From: the human T2T-CHM13v2.0 reference genome, Homo sapiens
DNA length: 64,000 bases
NCBI RefSeq assembly: GCF_009914755.1
Contig: NC_060926.1
Direction: 5' to 3' (one strand)
Shown here: positions 1 to 17,869 of the stretch, piece after piece
Layout: each line of letters begins with the position of its first letter
Position numbering within the stretch: position 1 is the stretch's first letter
Translations under genes and position numbers: made by a program
The notes under the pieces: model-generated
Seen by the model: only the letters and a program-made list of their open reading frames with translations
The model's database searches: none
What the model was told of the DNA's origin: nothing

Positions 1-116
1 AAATAAAGGATGAAAGGGAGGGATGAAGGGAGGAAGGAAGAAAGAAAGAAAAGGAAAAAAGAGGGGAGGGAAGGAGAAAGGGAGGCAGATGAAGAGGGGG
101 AGAGAGGCAAGAAGGG
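1..116 (+). repeat. GA-rich polypurine low-complexity tract
   Basis: Almost pure A/G run (ggaaggaagaaagaaagaaaagg...); explains the spurious K/E/R/G-rich ORF 10..240. Confidence 0.9.
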
Positions 117-1522
117 AATCATCTTTCAAGTTGTTATAATCTTGGCCAGTAAGACAGAATGTATGGTATTTAACTCCATCCTTTTTTCTCCAAGCATTTC
201 ACATTTTTATTGGCTTAGTGGAAATCTGTTCATGCTGTAAATGACCGAAAATATGAAAGACAGTGTTGATTAACTAATCTATTTGTACAGGATAGAAAAT
301 ATTCTACAACTCCTTTCCCATACAGCTAATGCTGTTCTTTGTCAAAAATATTTTCAATGATGAATTTTTGAAAACCAGATTCCCAAAACCATAAAAATAA
401 TGGAAATTTAGCTGTGAGGCCATCTCAATACCCTTTTCAAGGTTCTAGTCTTTGAATAAGCAGTCAGAGTCACAGTGCTGAACATTTTTCTTTTTTGAAA
501 AAGGCAATAGTAACCTGGCACAAACCAGAACAGTGCAGTCAGAAAGCCTAAGAAGTTTCCTTTGTTATATTGAACAAAGAAATGAGCTACACAGTTTAAA
601 ACCATCAGGGTTTCTAAAATCAGTGAAACTTTCTGTTTATTTGTTTCAGAAATGTTTTTAAAAATCATATACGTTAAAGGTTTCACAATCAGAATAGGTT
701 AAATCTCATTCAAAAGAAATAACTTATTTGAAGAAAAGTACCTTAAAAATAAAAATATAATAATCTTACTTATGACGCTTACTAAGTCAATATGGCAAAG
801 TATACGTTATTTATACAGTTATAATCAAGATATGCATATTGAGCCTTTCCAATTTTAAAGACTAGGTTTAATGAATGGTCACATGACAAGGAGAAATAGA
901 CATTTAAAACAGCACTCAGACTTCTCCAAGCTCTGCTAAATAATTCCAAGGGGAAAAAATGTAAAAGAGTAAAGAGTACATTATGAAATCACTAAACAAC
1001 TTCATTTGTAATTATTTTTTTATTGATACACTGTAATTGTACATATTTATGGGGTAAAATTTGATTTTTTGATACATATGTATGTTGTATGATGATCAAA
1101 TCAGGTATTTAGCATTTTGATCACCTCATGCACTTGTAATTTCTTTGTGGTGAGGATATTCAGTAGCCTCTCTTCTTCCACCTATTTTGTAATATACAGT
1201 GCCTTACTGGTAACCGTCTTCACCTGACTGTGCAATAAAACACCAGATTTTATTCCTCCAATCTAATTGTTACTTTGTACCCTTTGATCATTCTCATCCC
1301 ATCCTCCCCTCTCTCCATCCATCCTCTGTCTCTGGTAAACACTATTCTACTCTCTACTTCTATATCAATTTTTTTTTTCCTTTCAGATTCCACATATGCA
1401 TTAGCTCATGCAGTATTTGTTTTTTGTGCCTGGCTTAATTCCCTTAGCATAATGTCCTCCAGATTCATCCATGTTATTACAAATGACAGGACTTAATGTT
1501 TTATGGCTAAATAGTACTTTGT

Positions 1523-1568
1523 TGTGTGTGTGTATATATGTGTGTGTGTGTGTGAGTGTGTGTGTGTA
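1523..1568. repeat. (TG)n microsatellite
   Basis: gtgtgtgtgtatatatgtgtgtgtgtgtgtgagtgtgtgtgtgt seen directly. Confidence 0.9.
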
Positions 1569-2916
1569 TGCCATATATTCTGTATCCATTCATCCATCGT
1601 TGAACATGGGCTGCGTTCCTACCTTGGGTATTGTAAATAGTGCTACAATAAACATGGGAGTGCTCATATTTATTTGACATACAGATTACATTTCCTTTAG
1701 ATATATGCCCAGCAATGAGATTGCTGGATCCTATGGTAGTGATATTTTTATTTTTTTGAAGAACCTCCACACTTCTTTCCATAATGGCTGTGCCAATTTA
1801 CAATCCCACCAACAGTGTGTAAGCGTTGCCTTTTCACCACATCCTCACTGACACTTGTTTCCTTTTTTTTTATTATTATTATAACCATTCTAACTGAAGT
1901 GAGGTGGTATTTAATTGTGGTTTTGATATGCATTTCCCTGATAATTAATGTGTCAAGCTTTTTTTTTCATATTGGCCATTTGAATGTCTTATTTTGAGAA
2001 ATGTCTGTAGATGTCTTTGGCTCATTTTAAAATGAGTCATTTGGGTGTTGTTGTTGTTGTTGCTATTAAGTTCCCTGTACATTCTGGATATTAACCTTTT
2101 GTTGAATGTATAGTTTGCAAATATTTTCTCCCACTCTGCAGGTTGTCCCTTCACTTTGTTGCTTTTTTTGCAGTGCAAAGTCTTTTTAGTTTGATGAAAT
2201 CCTGTTTGTCTATTTTTTCTTCAGTGCCTGAGCTTTTAAGATTTAATTTAAAATTCATTGCCTAGGCCAATGTCATAAAGTGTTTATGCTATGTTTTCTT
2301 ATAGTAATTTCATAGTTTTGGGCTTTACATTTAAGTCCTTAACCATTTTGAGTTGATTTTTGTATATGTTGAGAGGTGAAGGTTTTGTCTCATTTTTGTG
2401 CATGTGGATATTCCATTTTCCCAGGAACATTCACTGAAGAGACTGTCTCTTCTCCAATGTGTGTTTTTGGCACCTTTGTTGAAACTTAGTTGGCTATAGG
2501 TGCATGAATTTATTTTTGAGCTCTCTATTCTGTTCTTTTTGTCTGTTTGTTTTTAAGCCAAAACCATGCTATTTTGGTTACTACAGTTTTGTAATATATT
2601 TTAAAGTTAGGTAGTATGATGCCACCAGCTTTTTTCTTTTTGTTCAGTATTGCTTTGGCTATTCAGGGTCCTTTGTGGTTCCAAAGGAATTTTAGAATTG
2701 TGTTTTCTATTTCTATGAAGAATGTCATTTGTATTTTGATAGGGACTGCGTTACATCTGTAGATCACTTTGGGTAGTAGGGCCATTTTAACAATGTTAGT
2801 TCTTCCAATCCATGAACACAGAATATCTTACCATTTATTTGTGTCTTCAGTTTCTTTCATCAATGTTTTATAATTTTCAACCTAGAGATATTTCATCTTG
2901 CTAAGTGTATTCCTAG

Positions 2917-3220
<304 letters not shown>

Positions 3221-4479
3221 TATTCCTAGGTATCTTATTTTTGGTGTGTGGCTATTGTAAATGGAATTGTTTTCTTAATTTTTTAAGAGAGAGTTTACTA
3301 TTAATGTATAGAAACCCTAGTGAAATTTTCATGTCTATTCTGTATATTGCAAACTTACTCAGTTTGTTTATGTATTCCAAGAACAATTTTTTGTTGGGGT
3401 TTTTAGGATTTTCTATATATAAGATCATGTTTTCAGCAGAGACAGATTTCCTCCTTTCCAATTTGGATGCCTTTCATTTCTCTCTGTTACCTAATTCTTC
3501 TGTCTAGAATTTCTTTTCTATTGAATAGGAGTGGTGAAAGTGGGCATTCTTGTCTTATTCCTTATCTTAGCAGAAAAGTTTTCAGCAAAGAGGAGGAAAG
3601 CTGTGGGTTTATCATATATGGCCTTTATTGTGTTGAGATACATATCTTCTGTGCCTAATTTCTTGAGAATTTTCATCAGGAAGGGATGTTGAATTTTGTC
3701 AAATGGATTTTCTGCATCTATTGGAATGCTTTTTTCTTTTTGTCAATGTGATTTTTCATGTTTGTTGATTTTCATATGTTGCTTGCATCCCTTGGATAAG
3801 TACTGCATGATTATAGTGAATGATCTTTTTGATGTGTTGTTGATTTGGTTTGCTTGTATTTTGTTGAGAATTTTGCATCTCTATGTTCATCAGGGATATT
3901 AGTCGGTAGTTTTCATTTTTTTGTGTGTCTTTTTCTGGCTTTGGAATCAGGGTAATAATGCTGGCCTTGTAAAATAAGTTTGGAAACATTCATTCCTGCT
4001 CAATTTTCTGTAATAATTTGAGGAACTTTGGTATTAGCTGTTTAAGTGTTTGCTAGAATTCAGCAAGGGAAGTCATCAGGTTCTGGGCTTTTATTATTGA
4101 TTGATTGACGGATGGGTGGATAGATGGATGGATGGAGACTTATTACTGATTAATTTCCTTACTTGTTATTGATCTGATTCGATTTTCTATTTCTTCATAA
4201 TTTAATGGTAGGTCATGTTTGCCTAGGAATTTATCTGTTTATGTTCTCAAATTTGTTGGCATATACTTGTTCATAATAATCTCTTATGATTCTTTATATT
4301 TCTGTGACATCAGTTATAATGTCTCCTTTTCCATATCTTATTTTATTTATTTGAGTCTTTTTTTCTTCGTTAGTCTAGCTAATGGTTTGTTAATTTTGTT
4401 TATCTTTTGGAAAATCAATTCTGTTTTGTCTCTTAATTTTTTTTTAGTATTTCTTTCTTTTATTTCTGCTCTGATATTT

Positions 4480-6085
4480 ATTCTTTCCTTCCACTAATTT
4501 TGGGTTTAGTTTGTTCTTGTTTTTTAGTTCCTTAAGGAGCACAGTTAGTTTTTTATTTAAAATCATTCTTAGTTTTTGATGTAAGCATTTAGTGCTATGA
4601 ACTTCCTTCTTAGAATTACTTTTGCTATGATTCATATGTTTTGGTGTGATGTTTTCTATTCTCATTTGTCTGAAGGGATTTTTAAATTTTCCTTTGAATT
4701 TATTCACTGACCCATCGGTTATTTAGGAGCATGTTTTTTAATTTTCATGTATTTGTCAGGTTTCCACAATTTTTACTGTTCTTAATTTCTAGTTTTATAC
4801 CACTGTGGTTTGAAAAGATACTTGATACTATGAACTGTATCTTCTTAAGTTTGTCCAGAGTTGTTTTGTGGCCTACCGTATGATCTATCCTGGAGAATAT
4901 TCCATGTGCAGTTGAGAGGAACGTGTATTATGTATCTGTTGGATAGAACGTTCTCTAAATATCTAAGACTCATTTGGTTTATGATGTAGTTTAAGTCTCA
5001 TGTTTCTTTGTTGATTTTCTGTGTACATGACCAGTCCATTGTTGAGAGTGGAGTGTTGAAGTCCCCTGGTATTACTGTATTGCAATCTATCATTTCCTTT
5101 AGATTTAAAAATATTTGCTTTATATATTTGCATATTCCAGTGTTGGTGTATATATAATTGTTATATCCTTTAGTTTAATTGCTCCCTTTATCTTTAGATA
5201 ATGTTCTTCTTTGCCTCTTTTTGCAGTTTTTTACTTAAAGTCTATTTTACCTCTTATAATTATGGCTACTTCTCCTCACTTTGGGTTTCCATTTGCAAAG
5301 AATATCTTTTCCCATTCCTTCCATTTCATTTTTTGTTTTGTTTGTTTTGTTTTTAATGGTGAAGTAGGTTTCTTACAGTCAATGCATAGTTAGGCCTCAT
5401 TTTTTGTCCATCCAGCCACTCTATACTTCTGCTCACTTTTGGTTTCTGTTTGCAGGGAATATCTTTTAATATTTCTTTCATTCTGCTAATTTGGGGTTTC
5501 GTTTGTTCTTGTTTTTCTAGTTCCTTAAAGAGCATGGTTAGTTTTTTATTTAAAATCATTCCTATTTTTTTATGTAAGCATTTAGTGCTGTGAGCTTCCT
5601 TTTTAGAATTGCTTTTGCTATGATTCATAGGGTTTAGTGTGATGTTTTCTATTCTTATTTGTCTGAAGGGATTTTTAAATTTTCCTTTGAATTTATTCAT
5701 TGACCCATTGGTTATTTAGAAGCATGTTGTTTAATTTTCATGTATTTGTCAGGTTTACATATAATTATGGCTACTTCTGCTCACTTTTGGTTTCTGTTTG
5801 CAGGGAATATCTTTTCCCATTCCTTCAATTTCATTTTTTGTTTTGTTTGTTTTGTTTTTAATGGTGAAGTGGGTTTCTTACAGTCAATGCATAGTTAGGC
5901 CTCATTTTTTGTCCATCCAGCCACTCTATACTTCTGCTCACTTTTGGTTTCTGTTTGCAGGGAATATCTTTTCCCATTCCTTCAATTTCATTTTTTATTT
6001 TGTTTGTTTTATTTTTAATCATGAGGTGTGTTTCTTACAGTCAACATATAATTAGGCCTCATTCTTTATCCATCCAGCCACTCTC
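4480..6085. repeat. Local direct duplications inside the L1MA (A...B-b-A'-B'-B'')
   Basis: ~4480-4763 is repeated at ~5470-5757; ~5256-5424 is repeated at ~5760-5930 and ~5931-6085. The ORF track shows the twin peptides MNKFKGKFKNPFRQ at 4444..4707 and 5353..5700. Confidence 0.9.
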
Positions 6086-6422
<337 letters not shown>

Positions 6423-7539
6423 TAGAGAGTTTAATGTATATTTATTCAAAGTTATTATTGATAAATAAGGACTTACTCCTGCCATTTTGTTAATTGTTTT
6501 CTGGCTGTTTTGTAGATTGTTTGTTCCTTTCTTTCTCTCTTTTTGTTTGCCTCTGTGTTTTCTTGGTTTTCTGTGATGCTAAGCTTTGTTTTCTCTTTCT
6601 TATTTGTTTATCTGCTATAATTTCTTTCTTTGTGATTACCATGAGGCTAACATAGAGTCTTGTAGATAAAATAGACTACTTTATGTTTATAGCAACTTAA
6701 CTTCGGTAGTTTAAAAGTATTATATAACTTTCGCCCCTAACCCCCACAGTTTGATTGAGAAAGGATACCTACCCTTGTCACCTCTGTTCAATATTGGTTA
6801 GGAGATCTTATCCATAGCAACGCTGAAAAAAATTTAATAAGCATAACTATCACTATTTTCAGAGAGCGTGTTGATTGTATAGAAAATCCTAAGGAATCTA
6901 TAAAACAATGGTGGTAACTATTAGGTGAAATTCAGAAGGCAGCAGGGTAATATATTTTAATAGTTCAAATTATTTAAATTTCAATTAATTCAATGTATAA
7001 TATTTTTGGTTGATAAATTGTGCTTTAAATGTCTGAGAGCTCTTCACCTAAATTCAGATTAGGAAGATTTTCTTCTAAATGTTTTATAGTTTCATATTTT
7101 ACATATAGATCTTGATCAATTTTGATTGCACAAGGTGTGAGGTTTATATGAGACTTAACGTTTTTATATATGGATTACCAATTGTGCTAATAGTACTTGT
7201 TGGAAATACTTTTTTCCATAGAATTTCTTTTGCAACTGTGTCAAAAATTAAATGTATGACCATATTTCTGCAGATCTATTTCTGAACTCTCTATTCTGTT
7301 TTATTGATTTTCTAAATCAATTTCTTCATCAATACAACACTGTCATTAGAGTAATTTCTCACATGTTTTGCTAAATTTATTTCTTGGTATTTTATATTGA
7401 CACTATAATTATATATGAGTTTTTTATATATGAGTTTTTAAAATTTAATTTTCAAGTTAATTTTTTCTTTAAAAGATAATTCTTATTTTATTCAGGTGTC
7501 AGTTTATTTGCCCTTCCAAATACAATTTACCATATGGAT

Positions 7540-7680
7540 GTGGTAAAAATGATTGGATTTGGGTATAGATTTTAGTTAGAGTTGACAGGCTTGATGACAT
7601 ATCTGAAGTAAGGGAGTAGAGAAATGGAGGAGTAGTGGATGAAATCAACCTTTTTGGTTGCAGCAATGGGAAAATATGGC
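7540..7680 (-). mobile_element. L2 fragment (degraded)
   Basis: ggatttgggtatagattttagttagagttgacaggcttgatga... resembles the L2 antisense 3' region. Confidence 0.5.
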
Positions 7681-7959
7681 CTTCAACATTTGTGTTGTAT
7701 GCTAAGAGAAACATAATATTTTTCAAAAATTAATGAACAAAATTTTTCATAAGGGAACTATTTATAATAGCAATAAGAAAGAAAATAAGTAAATATCCAA
7801 CAATATCAGAATGGTTAAAAACTGTATGGCAAAAAAATATGGGAATAATATTTCAAAACAATATTATATAATTTTATAAAACTATAATTTGACATTTTTA
7901 ATGATATGGAATGTGTTTATAAACTAAATTATTCACATAATGTTAACATTAAATAACTA

Positions 7960-8310
7960 CAAAGATAGTGAAAGGATCACTGGTTTCCAGAGGGTAGAGG
8001 GGAAGGGAGGGATGAATAGGCAGAGCACAGATATTTAGGGCAGTGAAACTAATCTTTAGAACACTGAAATGGTGCATACATGTCATTATACATTTCTCAG
8101 AACCCAAGGAATATACCAGAGCTTTGGGTGATGATGATATGTCAGTGTAAGTTCAGGGATTGTAACAAATGTACCACTTTGGTGCAGGTTGTTGATAGTG
8201 GGAGAGGCTGTGCATAACAGGTGCAGAGTGTATAAAGGAAATTTCTATGCCTTCTGCTCAAATTTTCTGTAAACATAAAACGTCCCTAAAAAATAAAGTA
8301 TATCAAAAAA
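7960..8310 (+). mobile_element. L1MC1/2-type 3' end
   Basis: ggatgaataggcagagcacag...gattgtaacaaatgtaccactttggtgcagg...ctaaaaaataaagtatat is a typical L1MC 3' UTR with A tail. Confidence 0.8.
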
Positions 8311-8349
8311 TAACCACAATTACTTGTTATAAATATATGTATGTATATA

Positions 8350-8395
8350 TGTATGTGTGTGTGTATATATATATATATATACACACACACATACA
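8350..8395. repeat. (TG)(TA)(CA) compound microsatellite forming a perfect 46-bp palindrome
   Basis: tgtatgtgtgtgtgtatatatat|atatatatacacacacacataca is its own reverse complement (checked by hand). Confidence 0.9.
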
Positions 8396-10249
8396 CTCAT
8401 GTGAGATAGAATCAAAATGTTAACAGTACTTATCTATAGTTTTCTGTATTTTACAAAATGATGAGGTTTTTTAACTACACACATATAAACTTATTCTTAT
8501 GACAGAGCATAATTAAAAATCCAGTTAGTGTATAATGATTTAAATTAAATAAAATGTGTAATTTTTGTAACACTATTGTTGACAGATTTCATAAAGGAGG
8601 GTGTATAGTTAACATATTGCCTTCTATTTTAAAAAGGTCATATAATTCATATATTTGGATAATTAACAAATTATATACACATATTTGGGGGGCTGGAAGC
8701 TATACTTAATATATATGAGTCATTGTTTGCGTTGTTAAAACTAAACAGATTTTTCTTGGTATTTAAAGGTCTTGTTAAGAAATTTGAAACACCCATATCT
8801 ATGAGATTATTCCAGAGGTGTATCACAATTATTAGTATTTTAATTAACTTTTTTTTTTCTTTTGCAGGATATTTGTGATCAAACATGGAAATATAAAAAT
8901 CCTCTGTATTATATAACATTCTTTGGCTCCATAGTTTTATAAACAATTGTGCATTTTACTTGCTTACCTGAAAATATATTATCAAGTTAAAAAATAAAAA
9001 CATCAATGATCTGGTTGGTTTGGCAGAATGTTTTCACTCCATTCACAGATGGCGCATGCATAGAGCATTCCAGATTAGCCAATGGAATATGGCCAAGTGT
9101 GTCAATTTTGGAAGGCTTAGTTCACCAGGTTGCTTTGAAAATTAAGTGAGATCGTTCATATGCAAGTCCTGAGAAACCTTCACAGCACAGGGCCACATGA
9201 ATGTTACTTACATAATGATGTTGACAATGGAAATCACAGCACTACTCAAGATCAATGTTAAGTTGAATAGCAAAAATAAATAAAATAATTGAGCACCAAT
9301 TGAATTAAAGACTCCTGGTGCAGATTGTGACAAAGAGCCAAAATTATGCCATCTCCTAACATCAGAACCTTGCCATTCAAAAGCAGAGATAAAATATGCA
9401 CATTCATAGAAAAATTAAATATAAAGTTGTATACCTATAAAAATGTACATTGGCACAAATGGGAAGATAAACAGGTAGTTATGAGATTGTCTTTAATCAG
9501 CAAAGTCTATAATGTGGTCATATTGCATGCAAAATGGTATTCATCATGAGGAGAAAGACTCTAAGTTGTCCACTGCAGGGAATTGAATTTGTTCTTTCCC
9601 TTCTATCATTTTACTTAAAAGTCTGAATTTTAATCTCAGATGAAAATTTGTTTGTGATAGTTCAAGTAGATAAGTTTCTTTCAGAGAAACTTTTGTAGAT
9701 ACTGGGAAAAATGCTTTAGAGAAACTGATACCTTATTTCTTTAAAGTTTCTTAAGATAGTATTAATGCTGTCCCATAAACAGATTTATCCAGGCAGTTTT
9801 AAATATGCGTGTGCTTACTCACACAATAGGGTCACAAAGTTTGCATATGTTATTTAATTAAATATATTTGGGTATGTTTAAAAAATAAGCTGGAAAACTT
9901 CACAAGACCTATTTCCCTAAACATTTCCATTCTTTCTTAACCAAGGTAACAATAAACTTTGATAGATAAACTCGTGGAACTTTTTAAAAAAACTAGAAAG
10001 TCAAATGTTTGATTTTTTTTATTAAAATGAAACAACCAAAATGCATTTAGCCAGTTTGTAGTGGACCTGGGCCAACTGAGACCTAGAAGTTACTAGGATA
10101 GCAAATCAGCACCCACATATGTTGTCTAATATGGAGGTACCTCATCATTTTAGCAAGTTATTTCCTATATGAGTAATGAGAGTAAACCTCTCCTTCAAAG
10201 TCTACTTGAGCTTCTCCAGATAACTCACAAATTTAAGTCTAAAAAATTT

Positions 10250-10527
10250 AAAGAAAGAAGGAATGAGGGAAGGAAGGAAAGAGGGAGGGAGGGAGGGAAG
10301 GAGGGAGGAAGGGAGGGAGGAAAGAAGGAAGGAAGGAAGAGGGGGAGGGAGGGAGGAAGGAAGAAAGGAAGGAGGCAGGGAGGGAGGAAGGAAAGAAGGA
10401 GGGAGGTAGGGAAGGAAGGAAGGAAGAAGGATAGAAGAAAGGGAAGAAGGAAGGAAGGGAAGAAGAAGGAAGGAAGGAGGAAGGGAGGGAGAATAGAAGG
10501 GAGGGAGGGAGGGAGGGAGAGGTGAAG
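10250..10527 (+). repeat. (GGAA/GGGA)n-like polypurine tract, ~280 bp
   Basis: Near-pure purine run; source of the four overlapping low-complexity ORFs at 10169-10583. Confidence 0.95.
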
Positions 10528-13484
10528 GCAAGCAGGCAAAGAGAAACATGCTTATGCAGATCTGGATGTGTGCCCTTAATCATCCGCTTACTGACTCTGC
10601 CATATGTTAGCCACTTTACTTAAGATGTTTGGGGCACAGAATTCATTAGAGATAAAGTCGACAGGATAATTACAGGAAATTGAAATCAATTGAATACTGA
10701 GTTTTAAGTCCCATGAATCCTTTAAAATATCCAGCTGCTATGGGGGAAATTCAGAGAATGGTTACCACCTTATAAAAGAAACAGGTAATTTTTTTCCGTA
10801 AGGGGCCTTGTTTATAAGATGAAAATCTTTTCCATTGATATAAGTATATGAACAATACATTAACTCCAAATATTCTTCAAATATGTAAAAGATGGTAGCT
10901 GAATTTGAAATCTAATCAAAAATTAAGTATATACATATGTATATATATAACACTTACATTATATGTGACTATTTCCCTTGATGCCTGTGGTTGCTTAGCT
11001 AGTTTTTGTCCTACCTATGTGGCAGTAATTATAGTTTAGGAACAGAAATTGAACATTTCACAACGTTAATACTCATGTCTACTACGGATAATGTTGCCAC
11101 GGGAGTCATTTCCTTCTTTTGTTTCTGTAAGAAAGGGACAATAATACTTATCTTTCTCACAAGGGTGCTGTAATATTAAATACTAATGCTGGCGATTTCC
11201 ACAGGCTGAGTTTTATTAGGAACATAACCAAATGATCTTAGACATGAGAGAAAAATCATAAATTTTTTATCTTGCAAAATTTGTAACAAAGTATCTTCTA
11301 TGTGTTCATGATTGTCAATATTCTCTTACAATTGTATGGCTTTTCTGCGGGCTTTTTAAAAAATTGGTATACGTTAAAAGCCAATAACATCTCTTAAAAA
11401 GAAAAAGAGGTGAAAATAGTATTGTCTGGTTGAGGGGAGCCTTATGCATACTTGTGTTGGATTCTTCAATCTTCAAAGGAGGTCATTCATATAAATTCAG
11501 TAAAGACAGTAATGTGTGAATCTGATACTACCCTGACCCCTATCCACCTTAGAAAGCAACTCTAACATCTCAAACAGTAAAATTCAGACCAAAACGTAAC
11601 TTTCCTGCTGCCAAACAGATAGATAGCCTATATCTGAACTCAATTTACAAAACAGGGACATCACTATATGTTAGCCACTTTAATAGATTCAAGTTTATTT
11701 TCAGAATATACATCTACCTTCAGCAGAGAGTAAAGCAATTCAAGACTAAGACAAAAGTGCTGACAGGCCAATAAGACAAAGAAAAGAAGGCGTCAATTAA
11801 CCTACAGCGACAGGCTTTAAAAAAAGAATAGCGAATCCATTTATTCATCTTCAAATACTGTTTCTGTAGGACTATTTCTCCTCCTCCAAAACTTCTAGAT
11901 ATAGTAGATATATTCATGCACTGCATGTTGTAGAAAGCTGTCAGAAGTTCTGATATAGTCACCTCAAGGTCCAATCCTATTATATTAGATGAAAAAAATA
12001 CAAGGATGCTCACAAAATCAGCCCTTCTTAAGAAACATCAAGAAATACATAAAGTACTTTAGGTGCTTTGCCCCTGAGTGTTGCTAGAACAGTAACAGGC
12101 TACGAACAATCTATGAATCTAGAGATGGCAGTAAACAGGATTGCTTTCAGTTTATGAGCTGTTAAGCCTGTTTCATAAAGTAGTTCATGGTGACTGACAG
12201 TTAAAACATTGGGTCATTCGCTAGTTCCTGTGTTATGTGCCAAGTGGCACAAGGCCATGAAAAATGATGGTACTAGGAGAAAAATCTTACAACAAATGCT
12301 CTTCTTGCACAGCCACCTATGGGAAAGATGAACAAAAGGTAGAGAAAGAGTTCAAAGCTATAAACTTCTCCAAAAGCAAAGTCTCAGACTACTGAAACCA
12401 CAGTAAATAATTATGCATAAAAAAACAATTTCCACTGATAACCCAACATTGTTAATATTATAGTATTATCTAGAGCAGTGTGGGTGGAGGAGCTGGTAGA
12501 GAGGTTGAAGTTAACTTTATTCTAAATGATTTATACTCAAAATTATAATGCTGATTAACTCAGTTTTTATGAAGATTCATTCGTATATTGGTTAATTTGT
12601 ACATAATATTATGTTTTATGAGTACAAATATCTATGTAATCTATGTTATAAGCACATACATTCTGAACTTGAGTCCAGATTGTTGATTAAGCATAGAACA
12701 CACATTCTAATTTCCCCCGTACTCAAAACTAATTAAAACGTTTGATAACGTATAAATAAATTACTAAAGGGAAATACATTTCTAAGTGCCAGAATCAGAA
12801 AAGGAATTCACAAAAGGAATAAATCAATCTGAATGGCTTTGGAATGTCAGGATTAGGCAGAGGCCAAGATGCTTGGGTTTCCAATGCAGTTACAAAGAAG
12901 CAGCAAAAACTACAGTCTTTACATAGCAGGGGTACAGAGTGGGGATTATATACCTGACTTCAGACTGGGGCTAAAAGTCACTGCTGGATCAAGTTACAAA
13001 CCTGGACTATAGGAAGAAAAATTCCACAAACCAGAAACCCAAATTTGCATTTTAAGGGTGCTGAGCCTTAATTCATGATAGTCACATAAAAACAAACCTG
13101 CTTAAAAGCAAAATAAGCCTAATGAGGCCAAGAAGAAGCAAGAGCAAAACAGTACCCAGAAAGGCCTCCACATCTCAGGATGAAAACTTTCTCATTTACA
13201 GTAATTCCCACAGAAGATGAACTCACAGAAATAATTACAAAACATATGAGGAATGCTATTTCCAAAGAAGAGAAGATATACTTGAAGAGTAACTTAATAG
13301 ATCCACTGAACTTTAACATAATAATCCTCAAATATATAAAGGAAGGAATAGCACCCATGTACCAGAAATAAGAAGCTATGCAGCAAAGTAAGGATAGAGA
13401 AAAACAGTAAGAGTCTTAGTTAATAAAAGACAGTCATTTTTTATTGTAAAAGTCTGTAGATGTGACCAAATAGTAGATGGGCCA

Positions 13485-13848
13485 TCTATTATTCCATTTT
13501 CACACTGCTATAAAGAACTACCTGAGACTGCCTAATTTATGATGAAAAGAAGTTAATTGACTCACAGTTCTGCATGACTGGAGAGGCCTGGGGAAACTTA
13601 CAGTCATGGCAGAAGGTGAAAGGGAATCAAGGCATGTCTTACATGGTGGCAGGAGAGAGAGAGAGCAAGTAGGGATGTGCCACACTTTTAAACCATCAGA
13701 TCTCATGAGAAGTCACTCACTATCATGAGAACAGCATGAGGGAAACCACCCCCATGATTCAATCACTTCCCACCAGATCCCTCCCTCAACAAGTGGGGGT
13801 TACAATTTGAGATGAGATTTGAGTGGGGACACAAAGCCAAACATATCA
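13485..13848 (-). mobile_element. THE1C/THE1D-type MaLR solo LTR
   Basis: ccattttcacactgctataaagaactacctgagact...gagatttgagtggggacacaaagccaaacatatca; flanks GGCCA / GGGCA form a 5-bp TSD with 1 mismatch. Confidence 0.9.
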
Positions 13849-13865
13849 GGGCACAACTGAATAAA

Positions 13866-17508
<3,643 letters not shown>

Positions 17509-17869
17509 TAGTAAATTAAGAAAGAATGATGGAAGTCTTTCAGAATAAAGCACACAGAGATAAAGAGGTAGTAAAATAGACAGAAATTATGAAACACATA
17601 AATGGCACAGGAGGCTGGAATCCATCTATTAAAATAGCAGAGAAGCAATATTTAAAGAGAGACTGGCAGAGAAATAGCCAACAGTCAAAAGACTCATGTA
17701 TTCTCCAATTGAAATGTTACATCAAGTGATAAGGTCAATTAAAAAAAAAAGTCATATGTAGGCATATCATAACAAAATTGTAGACCCAAGTATAAGGTAA
17801 AAATTCTAAAAGCCACTAAGGAAAATGATACATAGTATGTATATATACATGGTAACTAAATGATAAAAG

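Noticed and set aside
10169-10583. Four overlapping 104-118 aa ORFs (R/E/G/K-rich and P/S/F/L-rich)
   Set aside because: Translations of a polypurine simple repeat that lacks stop codons.
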